Source of the DNA: an uncultured bacterium
Lineage (GTDB): Bacteria; Poribacteria; WGA-4E; GCA-2687025
Direction: 5' to 3'
DNA length: 64,000 bases
Assembly: GCA_964473525.1 (NCBI GenBank)
Contig: CAYYPK010000034.1
Coordinates: 2,408-66,407 of the forward strand
Positions 25,064-34,567 of the stretch are shown here, piece by piece. The position numbers and the translations under genes were made by a program. A model generated the notes under the pieces. It was not told where the DNA came from. It searched no databases and saw nothing but the letters and a program-made list of their open reading frames with translations. How positions within the stretch are numbered: position 1 is the stretch's first letter; every line of letters begins with the position of its first letter.

Positions 25064-25876
25064 CTACCGCCCCGCCTTGAGGCGCTGCCACTGCGTCGCG
25101 AGCAACCCGTCTGACGCGGCCACGTCCCCTATGAAACCAACGGCTGACAACTCCCACACCTGAGCGTGATCCAGCGCCTCGTCAAACAGATACAGCTCGT
25201 CCAACTCGCCTTGTAGCCAATGGTTCTGACCAGCTCGCGACCCGATGTAGATGGACCCGTCGTTGGCGCGGATGGCATTGGGAGCGTCGACCTCACCCAC
25301 GGGCATGCCATCGACATAGAGGACCGCAGTCAGGCCGTCATACGTCGCCGCGATGTGACGCCAACCCGTGTTGAGCAGGTGGCCGCCGCCGCCGACATCG
25401 TCGTGTCCTGGGATTTCGAACACCACCTCGTCGTCGAAGACGGGCTGAAGGCTATAGGATCCTGGCGCCCACGGGGCTCCCTTCTCGATTGCCACCTGGT
25501 GGTCTCCCATGGGGCCGTCGCCGTCCATACGCACCCAGCACGCAACGGTCATCGCGGCGCCCACATCGAGCCGGTCGTCGTGCGGCACGGTGGCCCATCG
25601 CCCGGCGCCAAAACGAACAGCCCCGCCCTTCCGCTCTAGGAGCAGGAGCTCGCGCCACTCACCCCTGCCGTCCATCCGACCCCAGTAGCCCTTGACCTAC
25701 TCTGGGTCGCCGTGCAACGTCGCGTGATGGCCGTTCCCGCTGCCGTCGATGGCGATATCGCCTTCTCCCTCGTCGAACTGCAACCAGAGAGTCGGGCGTG
25801 GCACTGAGATCACAACCGTCGCCTGTGCTGACAGCGCGACGAGTAAGAAGGCGAGAGAGATGGCGCAGCGTTTCAC
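25064..25876 (-). pseudogene. LamG-domain secreted protein interrupted by one in-frame TAG (25697..25699)
   Basis: A GTG at 25876 (GGAGGCAAACT upstream) gives the signal peptide KRCAISLAFLLVALSAQA. 'LWLQFDEGEGDIAIDGSGNGHHATLHGDPE' then TAG, then in frame 'VKGYWGRMDGRGEW...' continues the LamG fold. Ends ..LLATQWQRLKAGR. Confidence 0.65.
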
Positions 25877-26087
25877 AGTTTGCCTCCGGCGGGACGCAGC
25901 GCGGTCAGGAGTTCGTTCGCCTGCGAGCGTCAGCCTCGGTGACTCTCGGGTTGCCCGCGAGCCCTGTCTACAGCGTCCTTGGCCTGCAGCATTGTCTACG
26001 TCGTGAAGAGCGTGCTTGGATGGCTCTGTCGAGACCGGGATCGCGTTGACCCTACGGAGCCGCTGGCCTAGACTTATGGACGCTGAT

Positions 26088-26163
26088 GGGGCCATAGCTC
26101 AGTGGTTAGAGCCACCGGCTCATAACCGGCAGGTCCCAGGTTCGAATCCTGGTGGCCCCACCA
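26088..26163 (+). tRNA. tRNA with anticodon CAT (elongator Met or Ile2; not initiator-like)
   Basis: Cloverleaf folded by hand: acceptor GGGGCCA/TGGCCCC, D-arm GCTC/GAGC, anticodon loop CTCATAA, T-arm CCAGG-TTCGAAT-CCTGG, encoded CCA. G1:C72 is paired, so it is not initiator-like. Confidence 0.9.
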
Positions 26164-26214
26164 CCTCCTACGAACTGTCCGCGCATCTTCTCGGGATCTT
26201 CTCGGAACCTCTAT

Positions 26215-26289
26215 GGGGTGTTAGCTCAGGGGTAGAGCGCTATCTTCACACGGTAGATGTCGCTGGTTCAAATCCAGCACACCCCACCA
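26215..26289 (+). tRNA. tRNA-Val (anticodon CAC)
   Basis: Cloverleaf folded by hand: acceptor GGGGTGT/ACACCCC, anticodon stem CTATC/GGTAG, loop TTCACAC, T-arm GCTGG-TTCAAAT-CCAGC, encoded CCA. Confidence 0.9.
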
Positions 26290-26320
26290 CTTCCTTACCG
26301 CTCACGTGGACACGCGCGGC

Positions 26321-27049
26321 ATGTATCTGTCCGACCTCACGGCGACACAGTTGGACGACGTGCCTCGTGAACGCGTCGTGATCGTCCCCCTCGCCGGTTT
26401 CGAACAGCACAGCCTGCACCTGCCGTTCGGCACGGACGCGCGCATCCTCGACGCGCTCGTCACGGAGCTCGTACAGCGCGTTCCCGACCACCTGCTGGCG
26501 CTGCCGACGCAGTGGCTATCCAATTCGAGCCAGCATGCCCCGTACAAGGGCGCGATTAGCATCCCGTCTCATACATACGGCGAGCTGCTAACCGGGGTAG
26601 TGAACAGCATCGCCGACGCGGGCTTCTCGCGGGTGCTTCTCCTGAACGGTCAGTACGACAACGAGGCGCCGCTTGCGATGGCCTTGCGCGAGATGCGTGA
26701 GCGTCGATCCGGGCTGTCCGTGGTTGCCTGCTCGTACTGGTCGGTGATCGACGCGACGGGGCACGGCGACTTCCCCGGCCACGCGGGCGATCTCGAGACA
26801 TCGCTCATGATGCGCCTGCATCCCGACACGGTGGTCGCCGACAAACGCGCGCGCGACGGACTCGTACCCCCTTCCAAGCACCGCCAGAACGTGATGCAAT
26901 ACGCTCGGATAGACCAGCGGTCGCATCACGGGGGTCTGGGTGACCCCGAGGCCGCATCGGCCGAACGCGGCGGCCGGCTGTTCGACGAGATCGCGTCTGG
27001 GCTCACCGCCCTGGTTCGCGACCTGCACGACGGGCTCCTCACCGGCTGA
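26321..27049 (+). CDS. Creatininase-family amidohydrolase
   Basis: 'VVIVPLAGFEQHSLHLPFGTDA' and 'GHAGDLETS' match the creatininase-family pattern. The start is uncertain (GTG 26306 or ATG 26321). Confidence 0.7.
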   Translation: MYLSDLTATQLDDVPRERVVIVPLAGFEQHSLHLPFGTDARILDALVTELVQRVPDHLLALPTQWLSNSSQHAPYKGAISIPSHTYGELLTGVVNSIADAGFSRVLLLNGQYDNEAPLAMALREMRERRSGLSVVACSYWSVIDATGHGDFPGHAGDLETSLMMRLHPDTVVADKRARDGLVPPSKHRQNVMQYARIDQRSHHGGLGDPEAASAERGGRLFDEIASGLTALVRDLHDGLLTG

Positions 27050-27084
27050 CAGCCTGATGCCGCGCAACCGGCTTCCACACCTGG

Positions 27085-28446
27085 ATGGAGGAAGCGGCAG
27101 TGCGCCCATCGTCCCGCTTCCTACCCGCATTTCCCGAAGAATGGCTCTGCCGCGTGTGGGAGCGGCCGGACCTGCTGCGGCAGCCCTTCCGAACGCTGGA
27201 CGGCAGGACGATCCGCATCCTCGACCCCGGAACGGCCAATCCCGTCGATGGCCCAGACTTCCTGGACGCGACGATCGAGGAAGACGGGAGACCGCGCCGC
27301 GGCTCTGTCGAGTTCCACTTTCGCACGTCAGACTGGTACGCCCATCGACACCACACGGACCCGCGCTACAACGGCGTCGTCCTGCACGTCGTGCTGAACC
27401 ACTCGCTCCCCGACCTTTACGTGCACACGGAGGAGCAGGGACGGGCGCCCATCGTGGAGTTGCGCACGCATCTGCGAATACCCGTCGGGGATCTCGCGAA
27501 CAGCCTCGCATCGGCCCCGAAGAAGTGGGACTGCCCGCTGCCCCACGACGCACCGGCCGAGGACGTCAGAATGCGTGTCATCGCGGTGCTTGGAGACGTG
27601 CGGTTCCTACGCAAAGCCGAGGCTGCTGGGGAGCAGCGCCGACTGCTGGGAGAGGACGAAGCCGTCTATCGGATGCTCGCCGATGCCCTCGGCTACGCGA
27701 ACAACCGCGAGCCGTTCGGGAACCTCGTGGACCTCGTGCCCCTCGACCGCCTGCGTGGTCTCGGCCCGGTAGACGCCGAGGCGATGCTACTCGGCTCCGC
27801 GGGGTTCCTCGCTACGAGCGCGCCGGACGCGCACACGCAACACCTACAGCGTCGATGGGCCGCGCTCGACGGGCGGAAGGAAACGCTGCTGAGGGAACAG
27901 TGGCGGTTCTCGCGGTCGCGCCAGGGCAACACGCCCGTGCGTCGCGTTGTCGCTCTGGCGGGTCTCGTGTCGGAATTCGGCGGGGCGTTTGTGCCACGCT
28001 TCAGGGGCATCTCGATGCAGGGAGATGCGGACGGCGGATGGCGGCCCCGTTGGCGATCCGTACAGGTCACGCCGGCGGCGTACTGGGCGGAGCGGCTGGA
28101 CGTGGGCAAGCCATCGCTGACGAAGGCGCGCTACCTCGTGGGGGAGACGCGAGCGCGCGACGTGTGGGTCAACGTCGTGTTACCAATGCTCGTCGCGAGT
28201 GGAGACGCGGCCCGTGGGGAAGAGACACGACGGCGGGCAATCGACCTGTACCACGGCCATCCGTCGCTGCAATCGAACTACAAGACGCGATGGGTCGCCG
28301 CTCAGGCGCTCAGGCTGCCTGACAAGGCCGACGCGAAGCAGCAGGCAAAGATCCAGCAGGGGATGCTCGAACTGTACGATGGCTTCTGCGAGCCACGGCG
28401 GTGCTTCGAATGCCCAATTCAGGCGGCGCGCGCTGTACCGACTTGA
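27085..28446 (+). CDS. DUF2851-family protein
   Basis: 'IRILDPGTANPVDGPDFLDATIEEDGRPRRGSVEFHFRTSDWYAHRHHTDPRYNGVVLHVV' matches my recollection of the DUF2851 N-terminal signature. Confidence 0.6.
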   Translation: MEEAAVRPSSRFLPAFPEEWLCRVWERPDLLRQPFRTLDGRTIRILDPGTANPVDGPDFLDATIEEDGRPRRGSVEFHFRTSDWYAHRHHTDPRYNGVVLHVVLNHSLPDLYVHTEEQGRAPIVELRTHLRIPVGDLANSLASAPKKWDCPLPHDAPAEDVRMRVIAVLGDVRFLRKAEAAGEQRRLLGEDEAVYRMLADALGYANNREPFGNLVDLVPLDRLRGLGPVDAEAMLLGSAGFLATSAPDAHTQHLQRRWAALDGRKETLLREQWRFSRSRQGNTPVRRVVALAGLVSEFGGAFVPRFRGISMQGDADGGWRPRWRSVQVTPAAYWAERLDVGKPSLTKARYLVGETRARDVWVNVVLPMLVASGDAARGEETRRRAIDLYHGHPSLQSNYKTRWVAAQALRLPDKADAKQQAKIQQGMLELYDGFCEPRRCFECPIQAARAVPT

Positions 28447-28498
28447 CGCTGTCGTTGAGCTCCTGCGCGAACGCCTGGGTCCTGGATACGCCGCCAGG

Positions 28499-30187
28499 CT
28501 ATCTGGCGCCTCCCGCTCTCGCGCTATCCACCATCCACTCCTGCGCCTCGGTCGACGGGCCCTTGCTGCCCCAAAGAAACTCGAAGTGTCCTGAGAATTC
28601 CCTATACGCCTGCGACCCCGGGGCGTACTCAAGCACCGGTACCTTCCCGCCGAGGATCGTCGACCCCGGCTCGTCGCTCCCATAGTGATACTGCTCAATG
28701 AGAACCCCATACTCAGATAGGACCATGAAGCAACACGGGGCTCCATGGTAGAGCCGCGCGTCTACCGAGTCCGGGGTCGTATCCAGCCGCTCAATGGTGT
28801 TCAGAGATGTGAGGACATCGTTGTTAAGGTTGTCGGGCCTAGTGCCCGGCTCCTCGCGCTCGGAGCGGATGCGCCCTTGATCGGACTCGGGATTCAGCAG
28901 GAGGGCCCTGATCTGCCTCGCCTTCGCGGAGCTGTCGCGGCTAGCGAGGATCTTGTAGAAGCGCCGGCCGCCATGAAAGAAGTCTCGTAGGGAGATGCCG
29001 AGCATGCCCACTTCCCCGGACGCGTTCGCTAGGATGTACGCGATCCTATCCTCCGCTTCGGAACGCGACGGGTACAGGTTCATCAGTTGACATTCCCAGG
29101 CGTTCTTCGATACGCCCACCTCGCGCTTGACCAACAGATCCACAAGCGGCCTGGAGTGGTTCTCCCAAATATACGTAAAGTGTCCCTCCAGGTGCTTCGC
29201 GACCTGCGAATCACTTGGGAACTTCAGCAAGGGAAAGCTGCCACCGACCAACCCAGACTTGGGCAGTCCATAGTGGTATTGCTCAATGTAGGTGTGGGTG
29301 TCCGTGATCACCATGAAAGCGCAGGGAGCCCCGCTGTACACCCTCCCCTCAATCTTGTTCGGCACATAACGCATGTTGAGATTCTGCATCGTCTGCTGAA
29401 CATCAGCGTAGAGCCCACTTCGCTCGTAAGGGTTATCCACGCTGAACGGGGCGTCAGACTCCCTCTCGGCGCGGATTGTCGCCTGATCGCCGTTCGGATC
29501 AAGGATCAATGCCTCGAGCGACCTCCCTTCGGTGTTCTTCGTGTTGGTCATGACAACGTCCATCTCGCCGCTGTATCGCCCCGCGTTCATGAAGTATTCG
29601 CGAAGGGAGATCCCCAAAAGTCGCACTCGCTCGGATTGGCGGATGTCGGTCATGACGTCTGCCAGCCCATCCGATCGACGGCTATATATGCAGACGACGC
29701 CGCTATCGAACGCGCCAGCAAGGATTTTGTTGTGGGTGAGTAGCTCATCCAAAGACGCGTCAACTCTTTGGATCTTTCCATCCAAGCTCCCCACAGCGCC
29801 GCGGACTACCCTCTCTACATGCTCTTGGTTTGTGCGGTCGAACACTTGCTGGAAAATGAAGTAGAGAACGGACGTAATGCAGAGGGCAAGACCGAGCTGC
29901 CCTAGTGGCGTGCTCCAAGAGGGATCCGCCGTGCCAGGCTCGGCGCTGAGAATCAGCAATACCACGCCTGATAGGAAGCCAATCAGGCACATCGCCCCTC
30001 GCAGCGCGAAACCACGCCAGCCGCGCTCCGAGCCGGAGTCGCAAGCAACGCTGCCCCTAAGCGCCTCTGGGTCTGCTTCGGCCTTGTCCACGTTCGCCGC
30101 GGCCTTCTGGGGCCTGGCCGGATACTCAGGCACGGTGGCTTCCTCCCGGGACGATGGTGATGACGCCTGCGATTGCGAGGATAGCAT
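28499..30187 (-). CDS. Membrane-anchored protein with two tandem DUF5919-like domains
   Basis: Start set at MLSSQS (ATG 30187). Two TM helices, then an internal duplication: 'LLGISLREYF...LILDPNGDQATIRAERE...RVYSGAPCAFMVITDTHTYIEQYHYG...GHFTYIW' versus 'MLGISLRDFF...LLLNPESDQGRIRSERE...RLYHGAPCCFMVLSEYGVLIEQYHYG...GHFEFLW'. GC is lower than in the neighbours. Confidence 0.6.
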   Translation of the reverse strand: MLSSQSQASSPSSREEATVPEYPARPQKAAANVDKAEADPEALRGSVACDSGSERGWRGFALRGAMCLIGFLSGVVLLILSAEPGTADPSWSTPLGQLGLALCITSVLYFIFQQVFDRTNQEHVERVVRGAVGSLDGKIQRVDASLDELLTHNKILAGAFDSGVVCIYSRRSDGLADVMTDIRQSERVRLLGISLREYFMNAGRYSGEMDVVMTNTKNTEGRSLEALILDPNGDQATIRAERESDAPFSVDNPYERSGLYADVQQTMQNLNMRYVPNKIEGRVYSGAPCAFMVITDTHTYIEQYHYGLPKSGLVGGSFPLLKFPSDSQVAKHLEGHFTYIWENHSRPLVDLLVKREVGVSKNAWECQLMNLYPSRSEAEDRIAYILANASGEVGMLGISLRDFFHGGRRFYKILASRDSSAKARQIRALLLNPESDQGRIRSEREEPGTRPDNLNNDVLTSLNTIERLDTTPDSVDARLYHGAPCCFMVLSEYGVLIEQYHYGSDEPGSTILGGKVPVLEYAPGSQAYREFSGHFEFLWGSKGPSTEAQEWMVDSARAGGAR

Positions 30188-30422
30188 AGCGCGGTGATAT
30201 AACACTAGGGTCGGGTGGGCCGCCGTCGCCAGCGTCAGCGAACAACCCTCACGGCACGAGCGCGTCAACGGTGGACCCCACGCCGCGAAGAGCGTCAGTC
30301 GTGGCTTACGCCCGCGCATTTCCGCGTCGAACCGCGCGAGGACGCCCGCGAAACGGGGGAACAGCGCTGGTCGCCGGTTGGTGCGGCCCGGGGCCTAGGT
30401 CCCTGGCCGCCCACTGAGGCGT

Positions 30423-31247
30423 CTAGCCCGGGTCATCGGGACGACGCTCGACGCTCTTCACCGCCTCCGCCAACTCGCACACGAAAGCCTGCGTGGCGGA
30501 CACGAGGTCTGCCTTCCCAACGTGCGCCTCAATCGTGTTCACGATGGCGCTGCCGACAATGACGCCGTCCGAAATCTCCGCGACGCTGCTCGCCTGCTTC
30601 GCGTTGCTGATACCAAAACCCACGCATACGGGCTTGTCCGTGCGAGAACGCACGCGCTGCATTAGCGGCGGCAGATCGTCGGACACCTCGCTGCGCGCTC
30701 CGGTCACTCCCATGAGTGACACGGCGTAGATGAACCCGCGCGACAGGTCGGCGATGCGGTCCATCCGCTCCTCGGTGCTCGTTGGGGCGACGAGGAAGAC
30801 AGTGGACATGTCGTGCTCGCGCGCCGACGGCAGAAGCTCGTCGGCCTCCTCGACGGCGAGGTCCGGCACGATGAGTCCGTCCATGCCCGCTTGCTTGGCG
30901 GCGACGCAGAACTCGCTAACGCCGTAGTGGTAGATGGGGTTGTAGTAGGTCATGAAGGCGAGTGGCACGTCGCTGGAGCGTCGTATCTTCTCGACGGTTC
31001 TGAGGATGCCCTCGACGTTGGCTCCGGCCGACAGGGCGCGTTCGGTGGCGCGCTGCACGCTCGGGCCGTCGGCAATCGGGTCCGAGAAGGGGATGCCCAA
31101 CTCAATGACGTCGCAGCCTGCGGCGTCGAAGGCGAGGACGAGATCCTCCGTGATATCGAGTGTCGGGTCGCCAGCGGCAATGTAGGGGATGAACGCCCGC
31201 TTGCCGTCCGCGCGGAGCTTCACGAACGCGTTGTCGATGCGGTTCAT
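30423..31247 (-). CDS. trpA: Tryptophan synthase alpha chain
   Basis: '[13 protein letters not shown]', '[15 protein letters not shown]' and 'GFGIS' are classic TrpA motifs. ATGA overlap with trpB. Confidence 0.95.
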   Translation of the reverse strand: MNRIDNAFVKLRADGKRAFIPYIAAGDPTLDITEDLVLAFDAAGCDVIELGIPFSDPIADGPSVQRATERALSAGANVEGILRTVEKIRRSSDVPLAFMTYYNPIYHYGVSEFCVAAKQAGMDGLIVPDLAVEEADELLPSAREHDMSTVFLVAPTSTEERMDRIADLSRGFIYAVSLMGVTGARSEVSDDLPPLMQRVRSRTDKPVCVGFGISNAKQASSVAEISDGVIVGSAIVNTIEAHVGKADLVSATQAFVCELAEAVKSVERRPDDPG

Positions 31248-32467
31248 ATCGATTCCCCTAGCGTGTCCGCGATCATGCTCGTGTCCTTGTCGCCGCGCCC
31301 GGACAGGTTCATCACGATGATGCCGTCCGCTCCGACATCCTTCGCCAACGTCGGCAGATACGCGATGGCGTGCGCGGATTCCAGAGCCGGGATGATCCCC
31401 TCGGTGCGGCAGAGCAGTTGGAAGCCCTCGACCGCTTCGTCGTCCGTGATGGCGACGTACCGCGCTCGACCGGTGTCTCGATAGAACGAATGCTCAGGCC
31501 CGACGCCGGGGTAATCTAGCCCTGCCGAAATCGAGTGCGCCGGGGTGATCTGCCCGTCAGCCTCCTGTAGAAGGAAGCAACGCGCGCCGTGGAAGACACC
31601 CACGGTGCCAGCGGTCAGCGGCGCTGCGTGGCGGCCGTCGAGACCCTCGCCCGCCGCCTCGACCCCAACCATCTCAACGTCCGTGTCCTCGTAGAACGGG
31701 GCAAACAGTCCGATGGCGTTGCTTCCTCCGCCCACGCACGCCAACAAGCAGTCCGGCAGACGCCCCTCCTTGGCGAGAATCTGCTCACGCGCCTCAATGC
31801 CGATGCACGTCTGGAAGTCGCGGACGATCGTGGGATAGGGGTGCGTGCCGCACGCGGAGCCGAAGAGGTAGTAGGTCGTGCGGACGTTCGTGACCCAGTC
31901 CCGGAAGGCGCCGTTCACCGCGTCTTTGAGGGTGCCCGCGCCGGAGGAGACGGGAACCACCTTCGCCCCGAGCAGCTTCATGCGGAAGACGTTCAGCGAT
32001 TGCCGCTCGACGTCCTCCTCGCCCATGAACACTTCGCATTCCATACCGAACATCGCGCAGGCGGTCGCCGTGGCGACGCCGTGCTGTCCGGCGCCCGTCT
32101 CGGCGATGATGCGCTTCTTGCCCATGCGTCGCGCGAGCAGTATCTGCCCGATGGCGTTGTTGATCTTGTGCGCGCCCGTGTGGTTCAGATCCTCGCGCTT
32201 CAGGTAGATCTTCGCGCCGCCGAGTTGTTCGGTAAGCCGTTCCGCGTGGTACAGAGGGGTGGGCCGGCCGACGTACTCTCGGAGATAGTAGGCGAGCTCC
32301 GCCTGAAAGTCGGGGTCGTCCTTCGCCGCTGTGTACGCCTCTTCGAGTTCGAGCAGCGCGGGCATGAGCACTTCCGGCACATACCTCCCGCCGAAGGAGC
32401 CGAACCGTCCGCGTTCGTCCGCCTGGAGCACCGTGTACCTCCGTCGTTCGCCGTCGTTCGCCGTCAC
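31244..32467 (-). CDS. trpB: Tryptophan synthase beta chain
   Basis: '[13 protein letters not shown]', '[15 protein letters not shown]' (PLP Lys) and 'GGGSNAIG'. Confidence 0.95.
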   Translation of the reverse strand: MTANDGERRRYTVLQADERGRFGSFGGRYVPEVLMPALLELEEAYTAAKDDPDFQAELAYYLREYVGRPTPLYHAERLTEQLGGAKIYLKREDLNHTGAHKINNAIGQILLARRMGKKRIIAETGAGQHGVATATACAMFGMECEVFMGEEDVERQSLNVFRMKLLGAKVVPVSSGAGTLKDAVNGAFRDWVTNVRTTYYLFGSACGTHPYPTIVRDFQTCIGIEAREQILAKEGRLPDCLLACVGGGSNAIGLFAPFYEDTDVEMVGVEAAGEGLDGRHAAPLTAGTVGVFHGARCFLLQEADGQITPAHSISAGLDYPGVGPEHSFYRDTGRARYVAITDDEAVEGFQLLCRTEGIIPALESAHAIAYLPTLAKDVGADGIIVMNLSGRGDKDTSMIADTLGESI

Positions 32468-32546
32468 AGAGAGACGCTAACAACGATACGTCAGGAAGAC
32501 CCGGTCGGGGAAGCGCTGGCGAGGGACAGGTGTGACAGGGAGCCGA

Positions 32547-33122
32547 CTAGGAATCTGGGCCTGTCGCTGGTGGCAGGATGGCTCTCACGTAGGGGTCGAG
32601 CTCCTCCTTGCTGTGATAGCCCTGGAGCCTCGTCACAATCTGATGGTCAGCGCTCAGCAGGAACGTCGTGGGAATGACCAGGACGCCACCGTACGACATC
32701 GCAATGGCGCGCACGACGGACTCGTCGCCCATCAGAATGGGGTAGTCCACGCTGTGCTCGGTAACGAACGCGCGGACATCTACGGGCGTGTCGCTGACAG
32801 CGATGCCGAGGACCACGAGCCCTTCATCCCCGTGGGACTCGTAGAATTCGACGAAGTGAGGCATCGCCTGCACGCAGGGCGCGCACCAGGTCGCCCAGAA
32901 GTCGACGATGACCGCCTTGCCCCGGTAATCAGAAAGCGAGACCGTCTTCCCGTCGAGATCGACCAACGTGAAGTCAGGCGCGGGTCCGAGATCCCTTGCG
33001 ACGACGAGGTCGTCCGAGGACACGCGCAACGCGTCGCCGTCCGGCTTACAGCCGGATGCCATCACGACCGTCAACAGGAGGCATGCGCACGCGACAGGTT
33101 TGATGAGCTGTCTCAGGACCAT
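32547..33122 (-). CDS. TlpA/ResA-like thiol:disulfide oxidoreductase lipoprotein
   Basis: ATG at 33122 after AGGAG. Lipobox MASGC. 'VIVDFWATWCAPCVQAMP' is the thioredoxin CxxC site. Confidence 0.8.
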   Translation of the reverse strand: MVLRQLIKPVACACLLLTVVMASGCKPDGDALRVSSDDLVVARDLGPAPDFTLVDLDGKTVSLSDYRGKAVIVDFWATWCAPCVQAMPHFVEFYESHGDEGLVVLGIAVSDTPVDVRAFVTEHSVDYPILMGDESVVRAIAMSYGGVLVIPTTFLLSADHQIVTRLQGYHSKEELDPYVRAILPPATGPDS

Positions 33123-33129
33123 TCGGCTC

Positions 33130-34242
33130 CTACCCCAACCTGTCGCGCGCCGTGACGCCCCATTCCGCGGTGATGCTCCCGTCCTCGACGAGGTGCGCGC
33201 GCTTGTGCAGAGCCACGGTCGGGCAGATGTGCGCGGGTACGACGAAGACCGGGTCACCCACTTTGAGGCTGGCGTGCGTGGATTCGTCGGTGAGTTCGAG
33301 AACCCAGTGTTCCTCGCTCTGGCCGCCTACCTTGGCGCCCGGCACGTTCAGCACCTGCCCTCTGTCTCCGACAGGATCGGCGGCTATCGCCTTGTGTCCC
33401 AGGTCGATGCAGACGAGATGCGGGAGCGGCTTGGAGATGACGCGGCTGAAGAGTATGGCGGCGGGCGTAAATCCCAGGTCGGGCAGGCCTTCGCCGTAGC
33501 CGCAGTCGTGCAGCACGAACGTCCCGGGCGACGCCTCGACGCCCTCCTGCCGCGCGTAGTAGGGAAACGGTGGCGTGCCACCGATGACGATGAGCGGAGC
33601 CGCGATGCCCTCGGACTCCAACTGGCTCTGGAGACCCCGCACGACGGCGAGGATGTCTTCACAAGCCTTGTTCCGCTCGTCGACATTGGACGCCCGGTTG
33701 TGGCCGTCGTAAGCGTGCAGTCCGACGGCGTTCAGCCCGGCGATGGCAGGTAGCGCGCGATACAGATTCAGGGCGGCGTCGCCCGCTTCTATGCCCGTGC
33801 GATGCATCCCTACGTCCAGGTCGACCATGACGCTTGCGGTCTGTCCGGCAGACCGCATGGCGGCGCCCAACGCCTCCGCCGCAGCGATGTCGTCCACGAC
33901 GCTCTTGAAGTCCGTGTTGGGATGCGCCGCCATGAGACGGGCGAGCGCGTCGGCGTTGGGTCCGACCATCTGGTAGGCGATGAGCACGTCAGGAGCGCCG
34001 GTCTCCGCGAGCATCTCGGCTTCACGCAGCGTGGCACACTTGTGCTTTGTGATGCCCACGGCCAGTTCGCGGCGCACGATCTCTGGAGTCTTGTGCGTCT
34101 TGACGTGCGGTCGCATGCGGGACGGATCACCCTCGCAGAGCTCCAGCGCGCGCTGGATGTTCGCGTCCATGATGTCGCTGTAGAACAGCAGAGACGGCGA
34201 CAGGATCGAATCGAGATCGCGGACATCGTAACGCGCGTCCAT
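33130..34242 (-). CDS. PLP-dependent D-serine dehydratase / D-threonine aldolase-like enzyme (alanine racemase N-domain family)
   Basis: ATG at 34242 after GGAGG. 'MRPHVKTHKTPEI' is the PLP-Lys context. The C-terminal 'H.CPT' is typical of the DSD1/D-TA family. Confidence 0.7.
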   Translation of the reverse strand: MDARYDVRDLDSILSPSLLFYSDIMDANIQRALELCEGDPSRMRPHVKTHKTPEIVRRELAVGITKHKCATLREAEMLAETGAPDVLIAYQMVGPNADALARLMAAHPNTDFKSVVDDIAAAEALGAAMRSAGQTASVMVDLDVGMHRTGIEAGDAALNLYRALPAIAGLNAVGLHAYDGHNRASNVDERNKACEDILAVVRGLQSQLESEGIAAPLIVIGGTPPFPYYARQEGVEASPGTFVLHDCGYGEGLPDLGFTPAAILFSRVISKPLPHLVCIDLGHKAIAADPVGDRGQVLNVPGAKVGGQSEEHWVLELTDESTHASLKVGDPVFVVPAHICPTVALHKRAHLVEDGSITAEWGVTARDRLG

Positions 34243-34567
34243 CCGCGCGGCCTCCGTGTGCTGTGGGCTGCCGACTACCCGGCTGCGGACACGTCTGGGC
34301 GTCCGCCTCTGTCGGCGCAAACATCCCATGTGGACCAACGTCTGTCAAGATGTGGGCGTCCACGCCTTCTGGCGACCTGCGAGAGATCGGCGCCATCCGT
34401 TGAGCTATCAGTGGACGTGCCTTCGCCACGCACTTAGCATGGCGGGAGACACACACGGTGGTCCGGGTAGCGGCGATGCTATGTCCTACCGCGGAGCGCG
34501 GGACGGCGCGCCAAGCGAAGGCGCCATGTCGTACGCGATGCGAAGCTCAGAGGGAGCGTAAGCTAAC

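Noticed and set aside
26588-28322. Two long ORFs (26588..27553 minus, 321 aa; 26940..28322 plus, 460 aa)
   Set aside because: The translations are dominated by Arg/Pro/Ala/Gly runs. They overlap the recognisable creatininase-family and DUF2851 reading frames, so they are off-frame or antisense shadows.
26088-30319. tRNA-Met/Val pair as the integration site of a genomic island reaching the low-GC gene
   Set aside because: There is no integrase or recombinase gene. I could find no direct repeat of a tRNA 3' end downstream, and the intervening genes (creatininase family, DUF2851) have normal GC.
30423-34242. trpB-trpA with upstream TlpA-like and D-Ser-dehydratase-like genes as an unusual operon
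   Set aside because: Tightly packed same-strand genes are common. There is no functional link beyond proximity and no leader or attenuator structure that I could support.
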